Source of the DNA: Bacilli bacterium
Lineage (GTDB): Bacteria > Bacillota_I > Bacilli_A > ML615J-28 > CAG-698
Length of the DNA stretch: 64,000 bases
Direction of reading: 5' to 3'
Assembly: GCA_017450215.1 (NCBI GenBank)
Contig: JAFSVH010000101.1
Coordinates: 1,534-65,533 of the forward strand
This document shows positions 47,069 through 56,527 of this stretch, piece by piece; position 1 is the first letter of the stretch, and each line of letters begins with the position of its first letter. A program made the translations under genes and the position numbers. Under the pieces are notes generated by a model that saw nothing but the letters and a program-made list of their open reading frames with translations, did no database searches and was not told the origin of the DNA.

Positions 47069-47425
47069 TTATGCTAAAGCCTTTTTAGCTACATCACAAA
47101 GACCTTTGAATGCAGCAGGATCGTTGATTGCAACTTCTGATAACATCTTTCTATTGATGTCAACATTAGCAAGTTTTAAACCATGCATTAATCTGCTGTA
47201 TGATAAATCATTAAGTCTTGCACCAGCATTGATTCTAGCAATCCATAATCTACGGAATACTCTCTTTTTATTTCTACGATCTCTATAAGCATAAGATAAT
47301 GATTTCATTACTTGTGCTTTTGCAGTTCTAAACAATGTATGTTTTGAGCCAAAATAACCTTTTGCTAATTTTAATACTCTCTTGTGTCTTCTTCTAGTAA
47401 CGACACCACCCTTTGTACGTGGCAT
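47069..47425 (-). CDS. rplT: 50S ribosomal protein L20
   Basis: [26 protein letters not shown]. Confidence 0.95.
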   Translation of the reverse strand: MPRTKGGVVTRRRHKRVLKLAKGYFGSKHTLFRTAKAQVMKSLSYAYRDRRNKKRVFRRLWIARINAGARLNDLSYSRLMHGLKLANVDINRKMLSEVAINDPAAFKGLCDVAKKALA

Positions 47426-47504
47426 TTTTAATTCCTCCTTATTTTTTAAAATTTACTGTTTTTAAATTACTATTATTATTTTTTATAATTTATAATCTGA
47501 ATAA

Positions 47505-47705
47505 TTATCTAATTTGATCTAATTGTTGACTGATTCTCTTTAAATCAGGTGTCTTAACAATTTGAGCCTTTCTTAAATGACGAATTCTCTTTTGAGTCTT
47601 ACCAGGTGCTAAATGACTACTACCTGGGCGCCATCTTTTGATCTTACCAGATCCAGTAACTTTAAAACGTTTCTTTGTACCACTATGTGTTCTCATTTTA
47701 GGCAT
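47505..47705 (-). CDS. rpmI: 50S ribosomal protein L35
   Basis: MPKMRTHSGTKKRFKVTGSGKIKR. Confidence 0.95.
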   Translation of the reverse strand: MPKMRTHSGTKKRFKVTGSGKIKRWRPGSSHLAPGKTQKRIRHLRKAQIVKTPDLKRISQQLDQIR

Positions 47706-47744
47706 AATAATCCACTCTCCTATCTTTTTAATTTTTATTATGTT

Positions 47745-48290
47745 TTATTTAGCTTTTTTCTTTGCTAACATTGCAGTTACATTCTTACCTTCTAAAACTG
47801 GTTTGCTTTCAACAACAGCAATATCTTGAAGTCTTTCAATGTAACGATTCATAACTTCAATGTTAGGATCTCCATAGTTAAGCATTCTTTCTCTTCTTAC
47901 AAACTTCAAAGTAACTTTTAATTTATTACCTTGCTCTAAAAACTTAACACCAGCTTTTAATTTAGTTTCAAAATCATTATCACTAATAACTGGAGTTAAT
48001 CTAACTTCCTTAACCAAAATAACTGTTTGGTTCTTCTTTGCAACTCTAGCTCTCTTTTGTTGTTCATAACGGAATTTTCTATAATCCATGAACTTACAAA
48101 CTGGAACTTTGGCATTAGGAGCAACGCACACTAAATCATATCCAGCTTCTTCAGCAAGATCTAATGCTTCATCAAGGCTTTTTTCTCCTAATTGTTGACC
48201 ATTTTCATCGATTACTAATACTACCTCAGCAGTAATGTTCTCATTAACTAAATTTTCGAATTTTGAATCTTGATTCTTATTTATATAAAT
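47745..48290 (-). CDS. infC: translation initiation factor IF-3, non-AUG (AUU/AUA) start
   Basis: Hand translation extends the track ORF upstream: I-Y-INKNQDSKFENLVNENITAEVVLVIDENGQQLGEKSLDEALDLAEEAGYDLVCVAPNAK... It is closed by an in-frame TGA at 48291-48293, with AGGTAGGTGA just before. Confidence 0.8.
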   Translation of the reverse strand: MYINKNQDSKFENLVNENITAEVVLVIDENGQQLGEKSLDEALDLAEEAGYDLVCVAPNAKVPVCKFMDYRKFRYEQQKRARVAKKNQTVILVKEVRLTPVISDNDFETKLKAGVKFLEQGNKLKVTLKFVRRERMLNYGDPNIEVMNRYIERLQDIAVVESKPVLEGKNVTAMLAKKKAK

Positions 48291-48299
48291 TCACCTACC

Positions 48300-48535
48300 T
48301 TTATAAGTTATGAAGCAAAATAAAAATGTGAGCATAATACACCCACATATTTCAATTCATATTTCTTTACCTCATAACAAGGTATTAAATCCATATTTAA
48401 TAGTCATTAAATAATTAGAATATGACATTTACCTACCGCCATTTTATTAAGCAATCAGGTGAGAAACGGGTGCTTCTTCTTTCCACTTCATAAATTACAT
48501 AACGATTATACACTATTATACTAATCTTGTCAAGC
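48300..48535 (-). promoter_or_regulatory. consensus promoter (TTGACA-17-TATAAT at 48505-48533) plus ~200-nt leader, candidate L20 autoregulatory leader
   Basis: Minus strand TTGACAagattagtataatagtgTATAAT, then a long untranslated leader before infC. By analogy with the Bacillus infC-rpmI-rplT L20 leader. Confidence 0.4.
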
Positions 48536-48549
48536 AATAATTTTTTTAT

Positions 48550-49242
48550 TTAATTAATATCCTTATTATAATAAATAAAAACCAAAATAAAGAAATATAA
48601 ACATAATAAAAACAAATAATGAATATAGCCATAAAAAGGAAGTCCATATTCATTTACACTAGGAAAAGCAAAAAATAATATTTTTTCAATTTCACTACTA
48701 CCTTCTAATTCACCAATAAATATACTTAATATAATAGTAGATAGAACAGTAAACATATTATTAACAACAACAATCAAGATTGAAGCAATCAATCCAAATA
48801 TAATAGCCACAATGACAAGTGAAATATAGCCATTTATGTATTGAGCATCTAAAAAGAAACCATCACAAAATAATCCAATACCTGTAAAAGAAACAAAGGA
48901 AAAACAGGAGATAGCAAAGATTATAATAATGCAAGAAATAATTTTTGATGCAACTATTTTTAAACGGCTATATTTTAACATAATTAAAATATAAGATGCT
49001 TCTTCACATCTTTTAGAAAAACAATGAGAAAATAAATATATAGAAATAAAATTAATGATAATTCTAAAATAAATACTAGAATTATAAAAATATAAATATC
49101 GATTATAATAATCAGGATCACTTCCATCTAGACTCAAGATAACACTAATATAGATTAACGTAAGCAAAATTGAAGCAATTAAAAAAATAATTATTGTCAA
49201 TTTACTCGCAATCAATCGAAGCTGAAATTTTATAAGCTGCAT
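48550..49242 (-). CDS. polytopic membrane protein (ABC-2-type permease candidate)
   Basis: About 6 hydrophobic segments. Overlaps the upstream ABC ATPase gene by 13 nt. Confidence 0.45.
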   Translation of the reverse strand: MQLIKFQLRLIASKLTIIIFLIASILLTLIYISVILSLDGSDPDYYNRYLYFYNSSIYFRIIINFISIYLFSHCFSKRCEEASYILIMLKYSRLKIVASKIISCIIIIFAISCFSFVSFTGIGLFCDGFFLDAQYINGYISLVIVAIIFGLIASILIVVVNNMFTVLSTIILSIFIGELEGSSEIEKILFFAFPSVNEYGLPFYGYIHYLFLLCLYFFILVFIYYNKDIN

Positions 49243-49877
49243 AAGCTACCTTCTTCAATTTTCACTAGCTTATAATATCTAAAATCACTAAAATCATTAT
49301 AATGACTAATGATGATAATTGATTTTCCTCTTTTATTTTCATTATTAATCAATTCAAAAAAATCTTTTTTAGTATTATTATCTAATCCATTGATTGGTTC
49401 ATCTAAAAGAATTAAATCCTTATCCAAGAGGAATGTTACAATTATATTTACCTTTTGTAACATTCCTTTTGATAATTCACTTAATTTTTTATTTTTATCT
49501 AGATTATATTTATCTAATAATAATTGTATAAAACAATTATCTATTCTTTTTTTATCAAGGCTTAAAATCATCTTTATATAATCAATAACTTTAATATTAT
49601 ATAATTTCATCAACCTTTCTGGCATATATGCTATTTTCTTTGTATTAATAGTAATTATTCCTTCATATTTCACTAAGCCTAATATTGATTTAATTAAGGT
49701 TGATTTTCCACAGCCATTATGGCCAACAACTAAATAGATTTTACCTCTTTCAAAATCAAATGAAGGAATATTTAGTACAAAGCCTTGATATTTCTTTTTA
49801 TAATTTTTAATCGATATTATATTTATTTTATTATTTTGTTCATCAATTTGCTTTTTATTATTTATTTTCATATTCAT
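49230..49877 (-). CDS. ABC transporter ATP-binding protein
   Basis: GHNGCGKSTL, LSKGMLQKV, LILLDEPINGLD. Confidence 0.85.
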   Translation of the reverse strand: MNMKINNKKQIDEQNNKINIISIKNYKKKYQGFVLNIPSFDFERGKIYLVVGHNGCGKSTLIKSILGLVKYEGIITINTKKIAYMPERLMKLYNIKVIDYIKMILSLDKKRIDNCFIQLLLDKYNLDKNKKLSELSKGMLQKVNIIVTFLLDKDLILLDEPINGLDNNTKKDFFELINNENKRGKSIIIISHYNDFSDFRYYKLVKIEEGSLCSL

Positions 49878-50859
49878 AAAATATTAATTCATCTTCATTT
49901 ACATTAAATATATAATCGAATAATAGCATCTTAGGAATATAATAATCTATTTCTTCACCATCAATTATAAAATGAACTTTAAAGCCAAAAGAACCAGGCA
50001 AAATATCTAATTCATTATCTTCATAAATAATAGGAATAACGAGATATTTAATATCATTTTTGAAAATTGTAATATTTGTATTATTATCAATAACATTAGG
50101 ATAAGTATTATAATACATCTTTATGTCATCTTCTTTTAAATTTGCATCACTTTCTACTTCCATAACGGCATTTAATTTTTTGATATTTGCATCCAAGCAA
50201 TCCACTTTATTAATTACAATATCTTTGTTACTAAAATTTCTTATTCCTAGCATTAATCCAGTAATTTTATCATCATGTATTATTTTGATGGATGCTAAAG
50301 ATAAACTATCTAAAGATAGTTTATCTTCAGACAAATAATCTTTTGATAAACTATCTAAAGATAAATTATCTTTATATTTATAAAAAGAAAATGATCCAAT
50401 TGAAAGAGTTGATATTATTCCATTAGAGAAAGTCATTTTAAGCTTAGCATCTTTTATTTCATCAATATAATTATCATCAAATTTAAAATCAAAAGTGAAA
50501 TAATAATTATATTGATAATATTTATCATTAAATAAAATATATGAATATTCAGTTTCAATTATATCTTCTATTTTTAAATGATATATTGAATTATCTCCTT
50601 CAATTTCGCTATACACTATTTTATCTATATTTGTATAATAAGTCCTTTCTTGATTAACATAAAGCTTAATACAAAAGCTATCATTGTTTTTTTCACTCAA
50701 ATAATCTTCATTAATTTCACTCATAATGTTATATGGTGTTTTTAATGTAGTTACTACAATGTTTTTAGGTTTATCTAAAGCAAGTATTACTATCATCATG
50801 GAAATAATGATGACGAAGGCAAAAGGTATCCCTACTTTCACAATAATTTTTTTATTCAT
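49858..50859 (-). CDS. membrane-anchored protein with internal LSLDSLS repeats
   Basis: N-terminal TM. DNA tandem repeat aaactatctaaagata at 50280-50370. First gene of a three-gene ABC operon. Confidence 0.4.
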   Translation of the reverse strand: MNKKIIVKVGIPFAFVIIISMMIVILALDKPKNIVVTTLKTPYNIMSEINEDYLSEKNNDSFCIKLYVNQERTYYTNIDKIVYSEIEGDNSIYHLKIEDIIETEYSYILFNDKYYQYNYYFTFDFKFDDNYIDEIKDAKLKMTFSNGIISTLSIGSFSFYKYKDNLSLDSLSKDYLSEDKLSLDSLSLASIKIIHDDKITGLMLGIRNFSNKDIVINKVDCLDANIKKLNAVMEVESDANLKEDDIKMYYNTYPNVIDNNTNITIFKNDIKYLVIPIIYEDNELDILPGSFGFKVHFIIDGEEIDYYIPKMLLFDYIFNVNEDELIFYEYENK

Positions 50860-50902
50860 TTACATTATCTCTTTTCTAAATAACAATATTTATAATATAT
50901 TT

Positions 50903-51562
50903 TTACGCATCTTCTTCAATTAATTCACAGCATGCTGAAATGACATCTATCACTTCCCATGCTCCTTGTGAAGTTCTAATACCAAAGAAATAATTCTTCT
51001 TTATCCCATTTGAAATCTTACATTCCCCAACAATTCTCAAAGTCACTCTTTTTCCTGGATAGACAACAACTTTAAAATTAGTACTTTCACTGTTTTTAAG
51101 TGAAATCTCTTCACTGAAGGTTCCTGTAATTTCACCATTGATTGTCCTTTCTTTGTTTTTGCCTTTATAAGTGCCTTTAGCACTTATTGTACCTTTAACA
51201 CTTATGCTAATTTCATTATAAGTTATAGTGCTATAATCATAGCTAAAAACAAAAGCATCTCTTGTTAAATTGGAACGAGAAAATAAAGTATTACTTACAT
51301 ATTTACCATCTTTATATAAATTAAGTGTAACTTCACTTTCACCAAAAAACTTTCTTTTAAGTCCATCAAGTAAACCATCTAAATATTCATCACTCATATT
51401 TATTAATAATTTAACACTACTATCAATTGGAGTGATTGACTTAAATTGATCATGACCAGTTTCTGTATAAGCATCAATCCCCTTATCATAAATCCTAGAT
51501 TCCTTATTAACCCTTAAGAAAGGCGAAAGCATTGCAATAAAAAAAACTATTAAATATTTCAT
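50903..51562 (-). CDS. secreted hypothetical protein
   Basis: N-terminal signal-like MKYLIVFFIAMLSPFL. Confidence 0.4.
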   Translation of the reverse strand: MKYLIVFFIAMLSPFLRVNKESRIYDKGIDAYTETGHDQFKSITPIDSSVKLLINMSDEYLDGLLDGLKRKFFGESEVTLNLYKDGKYVSNTLFSRSNLTRDAFVFSYDYSTITYNEISISVKGTISAKGTYKGKNKERTINGEITGTFSEEISLKNSESTNFKVVVYPGKRVTLRIVGECKISNGIKKNYFFGIRTSQGAWEVIDVISACCELIEEDA

Positions 51563-51628
51563 ATATAATTACCTCCTATATATAAATATTTAACAGTTTA
51601 TATTCATTATTTATTTTTTTATTTTTAA

Positions 51629-52912
51629 TTATTTTTTTAAATAAATATTATTCTCTTTCATATAAGCTTCAATCTCATCAACTTCCTTAATGATATCTTT
51701 ACTTAAATTAATGCAGCCATCTTTTGTAATTAAAACATCATCTTCTATTCTAACACCAATACCTTCTTCCTCAATATATATACCAGGTTCAACTGATGTT
51801 AGCATTCCTTCTTCAAATTTACGGTTATAAATTGAAGGATCATGAGTATCTAAACCAATAGAATGACCAATTGAATGCCAATAATATTTTCTAAAATCTT
51901 TATCTTTCTTGATTAATCCTAATTTCTTCATACTAGCAATAAGCAAGCTATTAGCAAAATCATTATATTCTTTCCAAGTAACACCTGGCTTTAAGAATTC
52001 TATACATTTCTTATTGCAATTTAGTACTTCATTATATACTTCCCTCTGTCTTGCGTTGAATTTACCATTAGCTGGATATACTCTAGTAATATCAGAGATA
52101 TAGCAATTAGTATGACAACCTAAATCAAATAAAACTAAATCTCCATCTTTAATTAAAGAATTATTATCACGATAATGAAGAATAGTAGCATTAACACCAC
52201 TTGCACAAATAGTCTTGAATGAATGAGGTTTATTACCATCCCATTTAATATAACTATCAAAATATGTTTCAGCTTGATATTCATAAATACCAGGCTTAAT
52301 GTTTTCCATTACTTTTTCAAGACCTACTTTTGTAGTTTTAACTGATTTTTTTATCTCTTCTACTTCATCGCTAGTTTTAGTTTGACGAAGTGAAACAATC
52401 TTTGAATAAATATTATCAATTTTAATTTCAGGATAATCTTTCAAAAAACGATCCTTAAATTGAAATACCCAATTTCTATATTCTAAATCAGTTCTTCTTT
52501 CTAAATCTAAATATAAAGTATCAATCTCATTAAAGTTTTTTCTACTAGGATTCAAAATAAAATGTAAAAGCTGTTTAAATTCTTCAGTGAAATAAATATC
52601 ATCCTCATTAAATCCACCAATTTTACTCGCTTCTTCAGGATATAATTTTGCACCATTCCATTTTACATATACTTCATCATTTTCATCTAAGAATAAATAT
52701 TCTAAAACATTGTTATTTCCTTTTACTAGCATTAAAATAACATCTTCTTGATTTATTCCAGTTAAATATAGAAAATTACGATTAACTTCAAAATCATAAT
52801 TTTCATCTGCTGAAGAAGCAAAAAGAATACCAGAATGAATTATAGCAATTGAATTATCCTTCATCATCTTGCCAAGAGCTTTTCTATTATTAATATAAAA
52901 CTTTTTATTCAT
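51629..52912 (-). CDS. Xaa-Pro aminopeptidase (M24B family)
   Basis: HSIGHSIGLDTHD, GMLTSVEPGIY and VRIEDDVLIT metal-ligand blocks. Confidence 0.85.
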   Translation of the reverse strand: MNKKFYINNRKALGKMMKDNSIAIIHSGILFASSADENYDFEVNRNFLYLTGINQEDVILMLVKGNNNVLEYLFLDENDEVYVKWNGAKLYPEEASKIGGFNEDDIYFTEEFKQLLHFILNPSRKNFNEIDTLYLDLERRTDLEYRNWVFQFKDRFLKDYPEIKIDNIYSKIVSLRQTKTSDEVEEIKKSVKTTKVGLEKVMENIKPGIYEYQAETYFDSYIKWDGNKPHSFKTICASGVNATILHYRDNNSLIKDGDLVLFDLGCHTNCYISDITRVYPANGKFNARQREVYNEVLNCNKKCIEFLKPGVTWKEYNDFANSLLIASMKKLGLIKKDKDFRKYYWHSIGHSIGLDTHDPSIYNRKFEEGMLTSVEPGIYIEEEGIGVRIEDDVLITKDGCINLSKDIIKEVDEIEAYMKENNIYLKK

Positions 52913-53008
52913 ATTACTCCTCTTTCCAAATAATAACTATTATTTATAATTATTTAATCACCATTTAGATTTTATCATATTTATAATTAAATGTCTTATT
53001 ATAACTAT

Positions 53009-54247
53009 TTAACTTTTATCAACATTAATAACAAATATTACTTCTTCATTATTAATCTTATTATCCTTATATTTATTTTCAATCATTTCAATTAAATCAT
53101 CATCTTTAATTTTAGATTCAAACGGATTAATACAATCAAATTCTAAAATAATATTATCTATATTTTTTATTAATCTAAAATCATGGAATGTAATCTTATT
53201 ATCATATTCAATATTAATATTTTCAATAATATCATTGATTCTAGATTTAAATTTCAAAGTTAGCTCATCCTTTGTATCAACTGGATCAATATGAATAGTA
53301 AGATTAAAACCAAAATCACGCCTAAAATCTCTTTCAATTTCATCAGCTAATTCATGAGCATCTACTAGATTCATATCTTGCTCCACTTCAACATGACAAG
53401 TAATGAATCTTTTCTTAGGGCCATAAGAATGAATAAGCAAATCATGGATGTTAATAACACCTTTATAAGATAGAATCTTATTATAAATTAAGGCAATCTC
53501 ATCTTCTTTTGCTGCTTCCCCTAATAATGGACTCATTGCTTCTTTTACTAACTTAATTCCATTAAAGACAATAAAAATACTTAATCCAATACCTAAAATA
53601 CCATCAATAGGGAGTTTAGTAATATCAAATGTTTTTGTAATAATTAAAGCAATTAAAATTGAAGCAGTAATTAAGCAATCATTAAAAGCATCAAATGAAG
53701 TTGCTTTTAATGAGATAGATTCAATTCTTAAACCTACTTTTTTATAAAAATAACCCATCCATAATTTAATTAAAATAGATAAAGATAATACAATTATCAT
53801 TATATAGAATCTAGAAAAATCAATTCCTTCATCATTTATAATATCAATTATACTTTCCTTAGCTAATATTAAACCAGTGACTAAAGCAAGTAAGGCAACT
53901 AATATTCCTGAAATATATTCAAATCTTTGATGACCGAATGGATGGTCTTTGTCAGCAGGTTCTAATGACAATTTAAAGCCAATCAAACTGACAATAGCAG
54001 TTGCACTATCAGTCAAATTGTTAATTCCATCAGCTACTATAGAAATAGTTCCAGTAAATAAACCCAAAATAATCTTAGCAAGAGATAATATTATATTTAG
54101 TACCATTCCAAGAGTACTTGTAAACTTACCAAGTATGGCTCTTTTTTTTGCTTGGTCAGTTTCCTTATTCATTTTTCTTTTGATGAATATTGCTTCTAAT
54201 ATTTTAAACATACTATAAAATAAACCCTTGATGATAGCTTTAAGCAT
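53009..54247 (-). CDS. cation diffusion facilitator (CDF) family transporter
   Basis: IVADGINNLTDSATAIVSLIGFKLSLEPADKDHPFGHQRFE. The start is uncertain; a second ATG is at MNKETDQ. Confidence 0.85.
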   Translation of the reverse strand: MLKAIIKGLFYSMFKILEAIFIKRKMNKETDQAKKRAILGKFTSTLGMVLNIILSLAKIILGLFTGTISIVADGINNLTDSATAIVSLIGFKLSLEPADKDHPFGHQRFEYISGILVALLALVTGLILAKESIIDIINDEGIDFSRFYIMIIVLSLSILIKLWMGYFYKKVGLRIESISLKATSFDAFNDCLITASILIALIITKTFDITKLPIDGILGIGLSIFIVFNGIKLVKEAMSPLLGEAAKEDEIALIYNKILSYKGVINIHDLLIHSYGPKKRFITCHVEVEQDMNLVDAHELADEIERDFRRDFGFNLTIHIDPVDTKDELTLKFKSRINDIIENINIEYDNKITFHDFRLIKNIDNIILEFDCINPFESKIKDDDLIEMIENKYKDNKINNEEVIFVINVDKS

Positions 54248-54269
54248 TAAATCAAGGGTTAGTTTTTAA

Positions 54270-54497
54270 TTATTTTGTTAATTCTTCGATACATCTAACA
54301 ATATCGCCTACTGTTTTGATGTCTTGGAAATTGCTATCATCAATTTCCTTACCGATTTTTTCTTCTAAAGCCATAATAATTTCTACAGCATCTAAAGAAT
54401 CAGCACCTAGATCTTCAGTTAAACGAGATTCTAAAGTAATACTATCTTTATCTAAACCTAATTCTTTTGCTATAATGTCTCTTACTGTTTCAAACAT
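54270..54497 (-). CDS. acpP: acyl carrier protein
   Basis: LGADSLDAVEIIMALEE phosphopantetheine-attachment motif. Confidence 0.9.
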   Translation of the reverse strand: MFETVRDIIAKELGLDKDSITLESRLTEDLGADSLDAVEIIMALEEKIGKEIDDSNFQDIKTVGDIVRCIEELTK

Positions 54498-54594
54498 AAT
54501 ATTCCTCCCATAAGATATAACGATTATAAATTATTAATTCCTAAATGTCAAGATTTATAACTAGTTAAGCCTTCTTTAAACCTAAAATTAACAA

Positions 54595-55557
54595 CTACTT
54601 AACACAAGGCTTAATAAAATTAATACATTCTTTAGCTAATTCAATATTAATTTCTTTTTCTTTATATGTTTCACCATCTAAACCATATTTAATATCTTTT
54701 TTAAGTGATATAATTTTCATATTTTGTGGTTTATAAACATTAATATATTGCATTATCTTTTCATCTTCTAAATATGTACCATTTTGATATTTCTTAACCA
54801 TCTTTAAAAATTTAAAAACCGACATGTGTTTAACAACAAGACAATCCATAATGCCATCATCTACTTTTCCATAAGGATTACAATAATAAGATCCACCACA
54901 GCAAATACCATTACAAGCACAGCCTAATAAGAACCCTTTTTCATCTATTTTATTTCCATCAATATAGATATCTGCATAATGTTTCATTTCACTGAATAAG
55001 CTCTTTATTAATCCTAAGGTATAAGCACTCTTTCCAGTTACAAGTGGCCAATTTTTAAATTTAGTCATGTTATAAGCAACTGCTGCATCAAAACCAACAT
55101 TAGTGATATTAACACAATACTTACCATTAACTCTAATTAAATCTATTTTTTGTTTTTCGCCATCAATTAAAGCCTTCAAATCAGTAAAATCTGAATCTTT
55201 AAAAACTTTCACGAAATCATTCCCGCTTCCACAAGGATAACATGAAAATGAAGCATTAGAATAACCATAAATACCATTTACTACTTCATTGATAGTACCA
55301 TCACCACCACAAGCATAAAATCTTAATTCTTCATCTTTTTCTCTTTCACAATATTCCCTTGCAAAATTAGTAGCATCATTTTTGCCTTTAGTTTCGTATA
55401 TTTCATATTTAATATCTTTATATTTTTCTTCTTGTAATAATATATTTAATTTCTCTTTTATTACTTCACAACTATTTTTCTTTCCAGCAGTAGGATTAAT
55501 AATAAAAATATGTTTCATATTTTCCCTCTTTCTATATACTATAGTATATAAATTCAT
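54595..55557 (-). CDS. diacylglycerol-kinase-family lipid kinase (DgkB/YegS type)
   Basis: MKHIFIINPTAGKKNS and ACGGDGTINEVVNGI. Confidence 0.85.
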   Translation of the reverse strand: MNLYTIVYRKRENMKHIFIINPTAGKKNSCEVIKEKLNILLQEEKYKDIKYEIYETKGKNDATNFAREYCEREKDEELRFYACGGDGTINEVVNGIYGYSNASFSCYPCGSGNDFVKVFKDSDFTDLKALIDGEKQKIDLIRVNGKYCVNITNVGFDAAVAYNMTKFKNWPLVTGKSAYTLGLIKSLFSEMKHYADIYIDGNKIDEKGFLLGCACNGICCGGSYYCNPYGKVDDGIMDCLVVKHMSVFKFLKMVKKYQNGTYLEDEKIMQYINVYKPQNMKIISLKKDIKYGLDGETYKEKEINIELAKECINFIKPCVK

Positions 55558-55581
55558 TTTAATAATTATAAATAATAATTA

Positions 55582-56370
55582 TTATTTATAATAAGAATTA
55601 AAAATATTTAAAACGAATTTAAAATAATCATAATTAAAATATTTAGCAACCACAATAGGTTGAGTTTCTAAGGATTTATCCATATTTTTTAAAATCAAAG
55701 TAACAAAATTTCTTAATTTATTAAAAGAATAATTCCTAATTAAATCAATATATTTACTTCTTTCCTCTATTTCTAAATCCTTCATGATTCCATTTTCACC
55801 AAGTCTAGCCTTAGTTATATTGTTATTAGCCCTTAAATAAATAGAATAATTTTTATAAATAGTACTACATAATGAAATCATAACAGGATAATTATTTTTA
55901 TTATATTCATGGCTAAATAATAAAGCGTCACTTGCTATTTTATTTACTAGATCACCAAGCTCTTTATTAGATATTTCATAATCACTTTTTTCTTTTTGAA
56001 TTATAACATTATAAGGATCATAAATAATAATATTATTTCTATCAACATAAATGTGACCATCTTTTTCTAGATATACATGATGCAATCTCAAAGTGATTTC
56101 ATCATCAAATACAACATAATCGATGTTTTTTTGATTCATCACATCTATTTGTTTATCATAAAATATGACATTTTTGATATTTTCAAAAATCTTATATTTG
56201 ATATTGTCAAAGTCCTCTTCATATTGTGTGATAAAACAACAATATAAATCAATTATTGAATATTCATCTTCTATCTTTAAGCCAAATTCACCACCAAGAT
56301 AACAAGCATTTATATATTCTAAATCTATTAATTCTTTAACAATCTTATTTATAATTATATTCTGTCTCAT
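55582..56370 (-). CDS. hypothetical protein, possible minimal nucleotidyltransferase fold
   Basis: YLGGEFGLKIEDEYSIIDL weakly resembles the G[GS]...D.D motif. Confidence 0.3.
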   Translation of the reverse strand: MRQNIIINKIVKELIDLEYINACYLGGEFGLKIEDEYSIIDLYCCFITQYEEDFDNIKYKIFENIKNVIFYDKQIDVMNQKNIDYVVFDDEITLRLHHVYLEKDGHIYVDRNNIIIYDPYNVIIQKEKSDYEISNKELGDLVNKIASDALLFSHEYNKNNYPVMISLCSTIYKNYSIYLRANNNITKARLGENGIMKDLEIEERSKYIDLIRNYSFNKLRNFVTLILKNMDKSLETQPIVVAKYFNYDYFKFVLNIFNSYYK

Positions 56371-56527
56371 ATTCTTTTATATTTTTATTTATTTATATTT
56401 ATTTATATTTATCTATTTATATCATTTTAACATATTTTTGTTTAAAACTAAATTAAATATAAAACTATTAAATAAAAACTCTATATTCATGGTTCAAAAA
56501 GAACCATCAATAAAGAGTTAATATTAA

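Noticed and set aside
48282-48293. Alternative genetic code (TGA = Trp, Mollicutes-like) suggested by the extreme AT content
   Set aside because: The in-frame TGA directly upstream of the infC AUU/AUA start behaves as a stop. The long ORFs are closed by TAA, TAG or TGA without evidence of TGA read-through. The standard code is assumed.
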